A stretch of 46,392 bases of DNA from Flavobacterium sp. (lineage in GTDB: Bacteria; Bacteroidota; Bacteroidia; Flavobacteriales; Flavobacteriaceae): positions 1-46,392 of the forward strand of contig JBIIFA010000001.1 in assembly GCA_044237565.1 (NCBI GenBank), read 5' to 3'. The position numbers and the translations under genes were made by a program. Shown here in pieces: positions 1 to 8,466 of the stretch. The first letter of the stretch is position 1. Each line of letters opens with the position of its first letter. The notes beneath the pieces are model-generated. The model worked only from the letters and a program-made list of their open reading frames with translations. It was not told the DNA's origin and ran no database searches.

Positions 1-1298
1 ACACTTTCTCCTTTAATTATATAGGCGTTTTTCAATCGCACTTCTTTACCAATTGATAATCGGAAAAATTTAGCTGGTGCTTCTTCTAAAAAGTCTTCTC
101 TTTCGATGTAAATTTCTCTCGAAAACGGCACTTTTCTAAAACCTGCGCTTTCGTCTTCTTGATTGTTTTCGGCTTCCAAGAATTCTTCTTTTCCTTCAGG
201 ATAATTGGTAATTACAACTTTTATTGGATCTAAAACCGCCATAACTCGAGGCGCAGTTTTGTTTAAATCTTCACGCAAGCAAAATTCTAAAAGTGAAACA
301 TCAATCACATTTTCACGTTTTGCAACTCCAATAGTTTCACAGAATTTACGAATAGAATTGGCTGTAAAACCGCGTCTTCGCAAACCTGAAATTGTTGGCA
401 TTCTTGGGTCATCCCAACCATTTACAATGTTTTCTTGAACCAATTGTAAGAGTTTTCGTTTACTCATTACAGTATAATTCAAGTTCAAACGTGCAAATTC
501 GTATTGATTTGGTCTTACTTTTTTTAAGTCATTAGACCCTGAACTTGATTCAGGGTAAATTTGGTCTAAAAACCAATTGTATAATTCGCGGTGCATTACA
601 AATTCTAAAGTACAAATAGAATGTGAAATTTGCTCGATATAATCACTTTCACCGTGAGCGTAATCATACATTGGATAGATTTTCCAATCGTTTCCCGTTC
701 TGTGATGATGGCGGTGTAAGATCCTGTACATTAAAGGGTCTCGCATCAACATATTTGTAGATTTCATATCAATTTTAGCTCTCAAAACGTGACTTCCTTC
801 AGGAAAATCTCCATTTTTCATAGCTTCAAATAATGATAAATTTTCTTCAACCGAACGATTTCTGTAAGGCCCATCAACTCCTGGTTGCGTTGGTGTCCCT
901 TTTTGTGCCGCCATATCTTCAGAAGATTGACTATCAACATAGGCTTTTCCGTTTTTAATCATCGCTACCGCCCAATCGTATAATTGTTGGAAATAGTCCG
1001 ACGCATACCGCTCTTCAGCCCATTTGAAGCCCAACCATTGCAAATCTTCTTTGATAGCGTCAACATATTCTTGCTCTTCTTTCGCAGGATTGGTATCGTC
1101 AAAACGCAAGTTTACAGGTGCATTGTACCGCAATCCTAAACCAAAATTCAAGCAAATGGATTTGGCGTGACCAATATGCAAATAACCGTTAGGTTCTGGC
1201 GGAAAACGAAAACGTAATTTATCTTGAGGAAAACCACTTGTTAAGCTGTCTTCTATAATTTGTTCAATAAAATGAAGTGATTTTTCTTCGGTTGACAT
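1..1298 (-). CDS. glnS: Glutaminyl-tRNA synthetase (3' end outside window)
   Basis: Not in the ORF track because it runs off the edge. Manual translation from ATG at 1298: [15 protein letters not shown]...[25 protein letters not shown]...[10 protein letters not shown], with the class I HIGH motif and later MSKRK and [16 protein letters not shown]. Confidence 0.97.
   Translation of the reverse strand, partial: MSTEEKSLHFIEQIIEDSLTSGFPQDKLRFRFPPEPNGYLHIGHAKSICLNFGLGLRYNAPVNLRFDDTNPAKEEQEYVDAIKEDLQWLGFKWAEERYASDYFQQLYDWAVAMIKNGKAYVDSQSSEDMAAQKGTPTQPGVDGPYRNRSVEENLSLFEAMKNGDFPEGSHVLRAKIDMKSTNMLMRDPLMYRILHRHHHRTGNDWKIYPMYDYAHGESDYIEQISHSICTLEFVMHRELYNWFLDQIYPESSSGSNDLKKVRPNQYEFARLNLNYTVMSKRKLLQLVQENIVNGWDDPRMPTISGLRRRGFTANSIRKFCETIGVAKRENVIDVSLLEFCLREDLNKTAPRVMAVLDPIKVVITNYPEGKEEFLEAENNQEDESAGFRKVPFSREIYIEREDFLEEAPAKFFRLSIGKEVRLKNAYIIKGES
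536..556. repeat. REP-like palindrome inside glnS (ACCCTGAA-CTTGA-TTCAGGGT)
   Basis: Perfect 8-bp stem. The core CTGAACTTGATTCAG matches 20167-20181 at 14/15 positions. Confidence 0.7.
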
Positions 1299-1317
1299 AA
1301 TTTTTGTTTAATTTTAG

Positions 1318-1325
1318 CAAAGATA
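1318..1325 (-). promoter_or_regulatory. Bacteroidota -7 promoter element (TATCTTTG) for glnS
   Basis: Matches TAnnTTTG about 20 bp upstream of the glnS ATG. Confidence 0.65.
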
Positions 1326-1447
1326 ATTATAATGTCGTTGATTTTGTTAATCGTTGATTTGGTAATTTGATAAATAGTGTAAAAAAAATCAATTATCGCT
1401 CCTTTTTCCGATGTAACAAATGACCAAATAACCAAACAAACAATAAA

Positions 1448-1807
1448 ATGGGTACTATAAAACTTAAAAACATTAGAACTTTCTCGTATCACGGATGCTT
1501 GCTTGAAGAAGGTAAAATTGGTTCGGATTACTCGGTTGATTTAGAAATTAAAACCGATTTAAGGAAATCGTGTTTGTCGGATGATTTGAAAGATACGGTT
1601 GATTATGTGCTTTTAAACCAAATTGTAGAGGAAGAAATGGCGATTCGTTCGCATTTATTAGAGCACGTTGGGCACCGAATTATCACAAAAATATTTGCAA
1701 AAATTCCGTCAGTTTCCCGAATTGTATTGGGTGTTTCAAAGTTGAATCCTCCTATTGGTGGTGATGTTGAAGCAGTTACCATAGAATTAGAAGAATATAG
1801 GAATTAG
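1448..1807 (+). CDS. folB: Dihydroneopterin aldolase
   Basis: 119 aa with YHGCLLEE, SDDLKDTVDY, LLEH and KLNPPIGG motifs typical of FolB. Confidence 0.95.
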   Translation: MGTIKLKNIRTFSYHGCLLEEGKIGSDYSVDLEIKTDLRKSCLSDDLKDTVDYVLLNQIVEEEMAIRSHLLEHVGHRIITKIFAKIPSVSRIVLGVSKLNPPIGGDVEAVTIELEEYRN

Positions 1808-1898
1808 ATCATTTAAAGTGTTTAAAAATAATGAATTGAGAATCGCATTTTTAAAGAAACTTTTTAAACATTAAACTTCTAAACATTAAACTTTTTTA

Positions 1899-1906
1899 TA
1901 TATTTG
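1899..1906 (+). promoter_or_regulatory. -7 promoter element (TATATTTG) for tRNA-Cys
   Basis: TAnnTTTG 16 bp before the tRNA 5' end. Confidence 0.7.
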
Positions 1907-1922
1907 CAATCCATTAATTAAT

Positions 1923-1993
1923 GGCGTCGTGGCCGAGCGGCTAGGCTGGGCTCTGCAAAAGCTCCTACTCCGGTTCGAATCCGGACGATGCCT
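1923..1993 (+). tRNA. tRNA-Cys(GCA), CCA not encoded
   Basis: Acceptor stem GGCGTCG/CGATGCC, anticodon arm GGGCT-CTGCAAA-AGCTC, T-arm TCCGG-TTCGAAT-CCGGA, discriminator U. Confidence 0.96.
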
Positions 1994-2315
1994 CTAAAAG
2001 AGATACAGAAATGTGTCTCTTTTTTTTGTGGAAATTTTTAGAAAAAATTAATTAAAGTGGTGTTCGAATCCGGACAATATGATTCTAAAACCTTCAAGGA
2101 AACTTGAGGTTTTTTTTATGGAAATTTTTGAGAAAAATTAATTAAAGTTATGTTCGAATCATGGTGATAATTCTAAAGCCTTCAAGGAAACTTTTGGGTT
2201 TTTTTGGTGGAAATTTTTAGGGAAAATTAATTAAAGAAGTGTTCGAATCCAGAAGATATGATTCTAAAGCCCTCAAGGAAACTTGGGGGTTTTTTTGGTG
2301 GAAATTTTTAGGAAA
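1973..2315 (+). repeat. Four tandem ~89-bp units, each tRNA T-loop (GTTCGAATC) + GAAA-loop terminator + TGGAAATTTTT...AAAATTAATTAAAG
   Basis: GTTCGAATC starts at 1973, 2062, 2152 and 2241 (periods 89, 90, 89). The last unit is truncated. Confidence 0.9.
1996..2027 (+). terminator. Intrinsic terminator of tRNA-Cys
   Basis: AAAAGAGATACA-GAAA-TGTGTCTCTTTT followed by a T run. Confidence 0.85.
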
Positions 2316-2359
2316 GGTTTCGTTCTAAAAAGCGATGCCAGGTTACTTAATAGTTTTGT

Positions 2360-2492
2360 TTTTAACGTTTGGCCGCTTGGCGATGTGGCGGATTAAGGAA
2401 GCCTAGACTTTTGGTTAAGCGCAAAGTTTGATATGAGTCAAAAGCCTTGATTTCAGGAATATTTCACCTATTTTTTATATATATTGTTAGGC
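2360..2492 (-). repeat. attC-like site downstream of the CPBP gene
   Basis: On the minus strand GCCTAAC (RYYYAAC) ... GTTAAAA, 133 bp, internal imperfect hairpin. Similar size and GTGGCGG/CAAAGTTT motifs to 3423-3554. Confidence 0.65.
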
Positions 2493-2524
2493 TTAGTTTC
2501 TTTTAACATTATATTCTGATTGGA

Positions 2525-3400
2525 TTATTGGAAGTGCCTTTCAAAGAATCCTTTCCGTTTCAAATTAACTATAAATAACAAAAATACCAATTGAATAATC
2601 ACGTTTGAATATTCGACAATCCAGTTAGAAACGCCTGAGATTTCAATATTGTATATAGCGCCTAATTTCCAATTAGTCCCAAAAAATGAAAAACCTACCC
2701 AATTAACTCCACTATGCATTCCAACACTTAACCAGATTGACCCTGAGTAATAATAGAGCAAAGAATAAATATAAGAGGCAACGAAAAGACTTGTGAAATA
2801 TCCTATATTAAAGTCGTTGAGCACTAAGTGACCTAAAGCAAAAATTAATCCCATTAAAGTGAAAATGATATGTGGGTTCATATGATTTTTTAACTTCTCG
2901 ATAGGGTATGCTCTAGTTCCTAATTCTTCAATGAAAGAATTCCAAAAAATAAAGCCAATTAGGAAATAAGCATAATAACCTAAGTAGGTAAGAATGGGTA
3001 TATTTGAACTGACGGTGGGTGAATAGTTAACGGTTTCTGCGTTGAATATTAAAACGAGATATTTTAAGGAAACTAAAATTGCTCCGATAACGAATCCAAT
3101 AAATAAGGTTGTCCATATTTTTGACTTAAAACCAAGTTCACTAAACTTCTTTTGATGGATATATTTTTGAGCTAACCAAATGATCCCAATTGAACATATT
3201 CCGAATAGAAAAAAGAAAAAGACATTCCCGAAACTAACATCAAAGTTAAGGCCAGTATTCTCTCGGATATTTATTCCAAATTGCTCAGCAATTTTAATCA
3301 ACGGCAACATTATTGCAACTGATAAAAAAACAATCACTATTACCGTAATCATTTTTACAGATAGGTGTCTTTGATATATTTTTTTTAGTTTTTCTGTCAT
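2525..3400 (-). CDS. CPBP (CAAX/Abi) family intramembrane metalloprotease
   Basis: Multi-TM protein with EExxxR (IEELGTR), FxxxH (FALGH) and HxxxN (HSGVN) motifs. Confidence 0.88.
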   Translation of the reverse strand: MTEKLKKIYQRHLSVKMITVIVIVFLSVAIMLPLIKIAEQFGINIRENTGLNFDVSFGNVFFFFLFGICSIGIIWLAQKYIHQKKFSELGFKSKIWTTLFIGFVIGAILVSLKYLVLIFNAETVNYSPTVSSNIPILTYLGYYAYFLIGFIFWNSFIEELGTRAYPIEKLKNHMNPHIIFTLMGLIFALGHLVLNDFNIGYFTSLFVASYIYSLLYYYSGSIWLSVGMHSGVNWVGFSFFGTNWKLGAIYNIEISGVSNWIVEYSNVIIQLVFLLFIVNLKRKGFFERHFQ

Positions 3401-3422
3401 TTTGAGTTTAGTATGTTATTAA

Positions 3423-3554
3423 GCCTAACGTCTTGCATATTTATGAAGTGGCGGCTTTTGAAAACGGATGTTTCATTTTAGCACTTAACTTTCTTTGATG
3501 CACAAAGTTTACTTTTAGCACCAAACCCGCTTTTTTGCCAAACGCCTGTTAGCA
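3423..3554 (-). repeat. attC-like site between the two cassette genes
   Basis: On the minus strand TGCTAAC begins 10 bp after the stop of the propeller gene and ends in GTTAGGC (GTTRRRY), 22 bp before the next ATG. Length 132 bp. Confidence 0.72.
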
Positions 3555-3564
3555 ACAGTTATTT

Positions 3565-4677
3565 TTAGTTTGTCCAAGGCTCTTTGTGTTTAGCGTCCAT
3601 AAACTTTTCTCCATCAAAAATGCATAGTCCTTGCCAACTTCCAAACCAAACTTGTCCTTTTTTGTCCTCGAGAATACTTTGCGTGACATTAGATGTTAAG
3701 CCAACTTCGGTTGTGAATTGTTTGAAATTATTGCCATCATATCGGTAAACACCATAACCTTCTGCCGTAAACCAAATATTCCCTTGACGATCTTCATAAA
3801 AATTGTAAGTTTCTTCACCTGTAATAATTCCATCCTTTGTGAAATTGGTGTACGTTGTACCATCAAATTTGCTCACACCGCCATTAAAAGTTCCAATCCA
3901 AACATTTCCTTTTTTGTCTTCTAAGATATCTGCAACGTTATTATCGGTAAGTTCATTTTTAGCTGTTAAATGAATAAATTCTCCGTTTTTATATTTAAAA
4001 ATCCCATTCCCATCAGTAGCAAACCACATATTTCCATTCTGGTCTTCTATGATTTTAAAAACCAATTTGTCAGATAGCATAGGTTTTGCATTTTCGACTT
4101 TTGAAACTGGCAGCGAAAAAGGTATAAACTTTTTTCCATCAAAATGACTAACTCCTCCAATAGATCCAACCCAAACGAGTCCACTTTTGTCAATTGTCAA
4201 GCCCCATATTTCCGCATCTTCACCTTGCAATCCTTCTTTCTTTGAAAATGTTGTAAACTTTTTACCATCGTATTTTATGAGTCCTTCGGATGTCCCAAAC
4301 CATAAATTACCTGCTTTGTCTTCTACAATCTCTAAAACCCTAAAATAAGGACTGACATCTGCAATTATCATTTTTTCAAGTGTTTGACCATTATAGTGAA
4401 TAATCCCATCTCCATTTGTTCCAAACCAAAAGTTCCCTTTTTTGTCCTGATGCATTGTTCTTACAAACTCTCTTACCATTCCATTTAAGTTGGTATGAAT
4501 TTGAGGAAATGTCGTGTTTTGTTTTAAAAAGAGTGGTTGGGTGTTTACTTGATTTTCAGTTGTATCAGTAACAGATTTTTCTTTCACTTGTCCTGTGCAA
4601 GATGTGATTTGAATTGTTAGAAGAACTAAAATTAAGTTCTTTGCGTTTAATATCATCTTATCACTAATTTTTATCAT
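3565..4677 (-). CDS. Beta-propeller lipoprotein (two-component regulator propeller repeats, stand-alone)
   Basis: Repeated EDKxGNxWFGT blades and lipobox ITSC. The start is probably ATG 4677 or 4656 rather than 4743, which lies beyond the cassette boundary. Confidence 0.85.
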   Translation of the reverse strand: MIKISDKMILNAKNLILVLLTIQITSCTGQVKEKSVTDTTENQVNTQPLFLKQNTTFPQIHTNLNGMVREFVRTMHQDKKGNFWFGTNGDGIIHYNGQTLEKMIIADVSPYFRVLEIVEDKAGNLWFGTSEGLIKYDGKKFTTFSKKEGLQGEDAEIWGLTIDKSGLVWVGSIGGVSHFDGKKFIPFSLPVSKVENAKPMLSDKLVFKIIEDQNGNMWFATDGNGIFKYKNGEFIHLTAKNELTDNNVADILEDKKGNVWIGTFNGGVSKFDGTTYTNFTKDGIITGEETYNFYEDRQGNIWFTAEGYGVYRYDGNNFKQFTTEVGLTSNVTQSILEDKKGQVWFGSWQGLCIFDGEKFMDAKHKEPWTN

Positions 4678-4694
4678 AATGTCGGTTTTATAAT

Positions 4695-4764
4695 TGTTGC
4701 TAACTAGTATATACCAGCTATAAAATGGCTCCAATCCACCCAAAAAAGGTTGGCTTTATCTAAC
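4695..4764 (-). other. attI-like site at the head of the cassette array
   Basis: On the minus strand GTTAGAT (4764-4758) ... TATATACTA-GTTAGCA (4704-4698). No attC-type arm on the outer side. Confidence 0.4.
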
Positions 4765-4786
4765 AAACGTCAAATTGTATTTTATT

Positions 4787-4794
4787 CAAATATA
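4787..4794 (-). promoter_or_regulatory. -7 promoter element (TATATTTG) pointing into the cassette array (Pc-like)
   Basis: CAAATATA on the plus strand, 83 bp upstream of the first cassette boundary. Confidence 0.55.
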
Positions 4795-4844
4795 ACCAAT
4801 TAAACGCATCAATAATTAAAAAGTGTTTTTAAATACGAGCTTAT

Positions 4845-5522
4845 TTACTCCATTTTCTCCAATGCCTTTTTTACCATTTTTTGGTCGCTTGGAAACCAAC
4901 CTTGAAGCATAATCGTCATTCCAAAAAGTATCAATAAAATGCTTATTAGTTTTTTGATATTCAAAATGTTTTTTGGTGTCATTTTGTGTTTTAATTGTTT
5001 GGCTAATAGCATTTTACCCATATCAACAAACAAATAGGTCAAAATTACAGAAGTGAAAAAAGTAAGCATTCTTGAGGTTTCTAATTCTAGTTTTGGTCCA
5101 ACCGTAATTAGTATTAAAAACCAAAAAAGAAGCACGCCAACATTAATAAAATTCAATAAAAATCCTTTGATAAAAAGCGCACGATAATTCTTCTTTTGGA
5201 ACACTATTTCAACATCGTCTTCGTTGGATTTTGAGGAAATTTTTCTAAGTTTTATAAATGAAATCAAACCATAAGTAAGCATTAAAATTCCTCCAAAAAT
5301 AAAAATTGCAGGATCATTTTTCAAGCTTTGAATCAATCTATAACTACTGAAATAAGCGATTAAAATAAAGAAAACATCTGCTAAAACAACGCCTAAATCA
5401 AACACAAAAGCAGCTCTAAATCCTTTAACTGCACTTGTTTCAAGCAACACAAAGAAAACAGGGCCAATAAGAAAACTTAAAAAAATTCCGAGAGGAATTG
5501 CTGTTAAAATGTCTTGAATCAT
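4845..5522 (-). CDS. LysE family translocator
   Basis: About 6 TM segments, N-terminal IGPVFFVLLETSAVKGFRAA and GFLLNFIN motif. Confidence 0.88.
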   Translation of the reverse strand: MIQDILTAIPLGIFLSFLIGPVFFVLLETSAVKGFRAAFVFDLGVVLADVFFILIAYFSSYRLIQSLKNDPAIFIFGGILMLTYGLISFIKLRKISSKSNEDDVEIVFQKKNYRALFIKGFLLNFINVGVLLFWFLILITVGPKLELETSRMLTFFTSVILTYLFVDMGKMLLAKQLKHKMTPKNILNIKKLISILLILFGMTIMLQGWFPSDQKMVKKALEKME

Positions 5523-5562
5523 TAATGAAATTTAGAGTCGGATTATTATAAATATAAAAATA

Positions 5563-6240
5563 TTATCTATTACTTTGATTGATTGAGCCGCCTAAAACCG
5601 TTTTTTGATTAATTTGTATCGGTTTGCCAAAAATTGTGATTGTTCCACCAGCTCTTACCTTCGCATCTACCAATTCCGAAGCGCGAACATCAGCAGTTCC
5701 ACCAGCGTTAATACTCACATTTGTTTGCTCGGTTTGAAGGTCTTTTGCGTTTAAAACTCCACCTGATGAAATAATAATATCCTGGTTTTTAGCCGTTCCT
5801 TCTAAGTTAATTATTCCTCCAGAAGTAGCACGAATACTTAATTTTTGTACCTCTAATTTTAATTTAATTTCAGCTCCTTCTTTTGAATTTAATGAAAATG
5901 AAATTTGCTTTATTGCTTTTTCACTTGAAACATAGGAACCTTCGCAAGCATCTAAACTTTGAATGTTTTTATAATACAATAACGCTGTAACATCCTCGCC
6001 TGATAAGAATTTACCAATTGGCATTCTTACTTTTAATTCGCCGTTATTGTTAACAATTTCAACTTCTGAACTGTTTTTTCCTGACAATTCAATTTTACTT
6101 TCTTCTGATGGAATCAACTGAAGTGAAATTTTATCAAAGACTTTTACAGCATCAAAATCGCCTAAATTTTTAGTGGTAGTTTCTTGCGAAAAACTAATTT
6201 GAGTAATTAATAATAGTATAAATAGTTTATAATATTTCAT
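5563..6240 (-). CDS. Head GIN domain (DUF2807) secreted protein
   Basis: Signal peptide, LGDFDAVKV start and repeated beta-helix segments (SSGGxxNA, AGGTI). Overlaps the rnr stop by 14 bp. Confidence 0.8.
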   Translation of the reverse strand: MKYYKLFILLLITQISFSQETTTKNLGDFDAVKVFDKISLQLIPSEESKIELSGKNSSEVEIVNNNGELKVRMPIGKFLSGEDVTALLYYKNIQSLDACEGSYVSSEKAIKQISFSLNSKEGAEIKLKLEVQKLSIRATSGGIINLEGTAKNQDIIISSGGVLNAKDLQTEQTNVSINAGGTADVRASELVDAKVRAGGTITIFGKPIQINQKTVLGGSINQSNR

Positions 6241-8419
6241 TGTTATTCTTTCTTATAAAATTAAAATCCAATTGTTTTTTAACTAAATCTGCGTTTTTAA
6301 CTTTTACATAAATCTCATCACCCAATTGCAAAATATTTTGAGTGGTGGCGCCAACTAAAGCATATTGTTTGTCATCAAAAGTATAATAATCGTCCTTGAT
6401 TTCACGAATTCTTACCATTCCTTCGCATTTATTTTCGATAATTTCAACAAAAATTCCCCATTCAGTAACCCCTGAAATTACTCCCAAAAATTCTTGATCT
6501 CGGTGGTCTTGCATATACCGAACTTGCATATATTTTATACTGTCGCGTTCAGCGTGGGTAGCGAGATTTTCCATTGTGGAAGAATGTAAACATTTAGTTT
6601 CATACGTTTCTTCATCAGCAGATTTTCCTCCATCTAAATAAAATTGCAATAATCGGTGCACCATTACATCAGGATACCGACGAATTGGCGATGTAAAATG
6701 AGAATAATAATCAAAAGCCAAACCGTAATGTCCAATATTATCTGTCGAATATTTGGCTTTACTCATACTTCTAATCGCTAAAGTATCTATTAAATTTTGT
6801 TCTTTTTTACCTTGTACATCATTTAATAAAGTATTTAAAGACATTGAAATATCACCCTTAGATTTGAAATTTATACTGTAACCAAATTTAGAAATTACGT
6901 TTTGAAGCGCAATTAATTTATCTTCATTTGGCTCATCGTGAATTCTGTAAATAAACGTTTTCTTTTGTTTCCCTATGAATTCCGCCACTTTTTTATTGGC
7001 TAAAAGCATAAATTCTTCAATCAAATGATTCGCATCTTTCGACATTTTGAAGAACACACCAATTGGTTCGTGATTGATATTTAAATTAAATTTTACTTCT
7101 ACTTTATCAAATGAAATAGCGCCTTCGGCCATTCTGTTTCTTCTAAAAATTTTAGCTAATTCATCTAATTTTAAAGTCGCACTTACAATTTCATCGGAAA
7201 CTACATAGGATTCTCCGGTAATTGAAGTTTCAATTGGAATTGTATTGTCTTTGGTTTCAATGATATATTGTGCTTCTTCATAGGCAAATCGCTGATCAGA
7301 ATAAATCACGGTTCTACCAAACCAATTGTTCACAACTTCAGCTTTTTCTGTAATTTCAAAAATCGCTGAGAAAGTATATTTTTCTTCATTTGGTCGCAAA
7401 GAGCACGCAAAATTCGATAAAACTTCAGGTAACATTGGTACTACTCTATCTACTAAATAAACAGAAGTTGCCCTTTGGTAGGCTTCGTCATCTAAGATTG
7501 TTCCTTCTTCTAAATAGTAGGAAACATCCGCAATATGGATTCCAATTTCATAGTTTCCGTTTTCTAATTTTTTAAATGATAACGCATCATCAAAATCTTT
7601 GGCATCTTTTGGATCGATTGTAAAAGTCAAGGTATCGCGCATGTCTCGGCGCTTTGCAATTTCACTTTCTTGAATTGAAGTATCTATTTTTTGCGCATAA
7701 ACTTCTACTTCTAATGGAAATTCTGCAGGTAAACCATATTCTGCTAAAATAGCATGAATTTCAGTATTGTGTTCGCCGGGTTTCCCTAAAACTTTTATTA
7801 CAGCACCAAATGGACTGTCGGCTCTTGTTGGCCAATCTTCAATATGAACTAAAACTACATCTCCGTTTTCAGCATCACCTAATTTATCTTTTGAAATAAA
7901 AATATCGGTGTACATTTTTGGATTTGCAGTCGATACAAAGGCAAAATTCTTTTGAATATCTATTACACCTACAAAATCAGTTTTCTTTCTTTCTATAACT
8001 TCTATAACTTCTCCTTCGGCACGTTTTCCTTTTCGTCTGTTATACACATACACTTTTACAGTATCACCATCTAAAGCGTGGTTTAAATTATTAGTCGGAA
8101 TAAATACATCTTCTTCAAAATCTGTACAAACAAAATAAGCGGTTTTTCTACCCGTCATATCAATTTTACCTTCGTAATAATCTTTACTTGCTTCTACAAC
8201 TAAATATTTTCCTGGTTCTATTTCGTCTATTTTTTTTTGAGCTACGAGAATCTTTAAATCTTTAATAATTTGATTTCTACTTTGTGTATCATCTAATTCT
8301 AATTTAATTCCTATTTGCTTATAATTAAATGCTTTATTGGCATTTTGTGCTAATATTTTTACTATTTTATCTGTTAAATCAGCTTGTTTTTTGACTGGTT
8401 TTCTTAGTCTTTTACTCAT
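6227..8419 (-). CDS. rnr: Ribonuclease R
   Basis: RNB motifs TIDPKDAKDFDDA, HIADVS and HFTSPIRRYPD, with C-terminal S1 domain. Confidence 0.97.
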   Translation of the reverse strand: MSKRLRKPVKKQADLTDKIVKILAQNANKAFNYKQIGIKLELDDTQSRNQIIKDLKILVAQKKIDEIEPGKYLVVEASKDYYEGKIDMTGRKTAYFVCTDFEEDVFIPTNNLNHALDGDTVKVYVYNRRKGKRAEGEVIEVIERKKTDFVGVIDIQKNFAFVSTANPKMYTDIFISKDKLGDAENGDVVLVHIEDWPTRADSPFGAVIKVLGKPGEHNTEIHAILAEYGLPAEFPLEVEVYAQKIDTSIQESEIAKRRDMRDTLTFTIDPKDAKDFDDALSFKKLENGNYEIGIHIADVSYYLEEGTILDDEAYQRATSVYLVDRVVPMLPEVLSNFACSLRPNEEKYTFSAIFEITEKAEVVNNWFGRTVIYSDQRFAYEEAQYIIETKDNTIPIETSITGESYVVSDEIVSATLKLDELAKIFRRNRMAEGAISFDKVEVKFNLNINHEPIGVFFKMSKDANHLIEEFMLLANKKVAEFIGKQKKTFIYRIHDEPNEDKLIALQNVISKFGYSINFKSKGDISMSLNTLLNDVQGKKEQNLIDTLAIRSMSKAKYSTDNIGHYGLAFDYYSHFTSPIRRYPDVMVHRLLQFYLDGGKSADEETYETKCLHSSTMENLATHAERDSIKYMQVRYMQDHRDQEFLGVISGVTEWGIFVEIIENKCEGMVRIREIKDDYYTFDDKQYALVGATTQNILQLGDEIYVKVKNADLVKKQLDFNFIRKNNNEIL

Positions 8420-8466
8420 AATTCTTTTCTTAAAAGTTGAAATTTACAAAATAGTTAGCAGTTGTT

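Larger units (their letters stand above)
2360..4794 (-). mobile_element. Integron-like two-cassette array without integrase (promoter, attI-like site, 2 cassettes, 2 attC-like sites)
   Basis: Each gene is bracketed by its own perfect 10-bp GTT/AAC inverted pair: GTTAGGCTTA 2486 with TAAGCCTAAC 3420, and GTTAGCAACA 3548 with TGTTGCTAAC 4695. Confidence 0.7.

Noticed and set aside
205-438. 77-aa plus-strand ORF
   Set aside because: Antisense shadow of glnS.
1253-1492. 79-aa minus-strand ORF
   Set aside because: Overlaps the starts of glnS and folB and their promoter region; no recognisable motif.
1810-1893. TGTTTAAAAA/TTTTTAAACA inverted repeat and TAAACATTAAACTT direct repeat
   Set aside because: Short and very AT-rich. 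It could be a folB terminator or protein-binding site but cannot be supported.
2055-2260. Additional tRNA genes at the GTTCGAATC motifs
   Set aside because: No acceptor, D or anticodon arms upstream of copies 2-4.
1973-2315. CRISPR array
   Set aside because: Units are similar along nearly their whole length, with no unique spacers, and no cas genes are in the window.
4678-4743. N-terminal extension of the propeller ORF given by the ORF track
   Set aside because: Crosses the cassette boundary and would bury the lipoprotein signal peptide.
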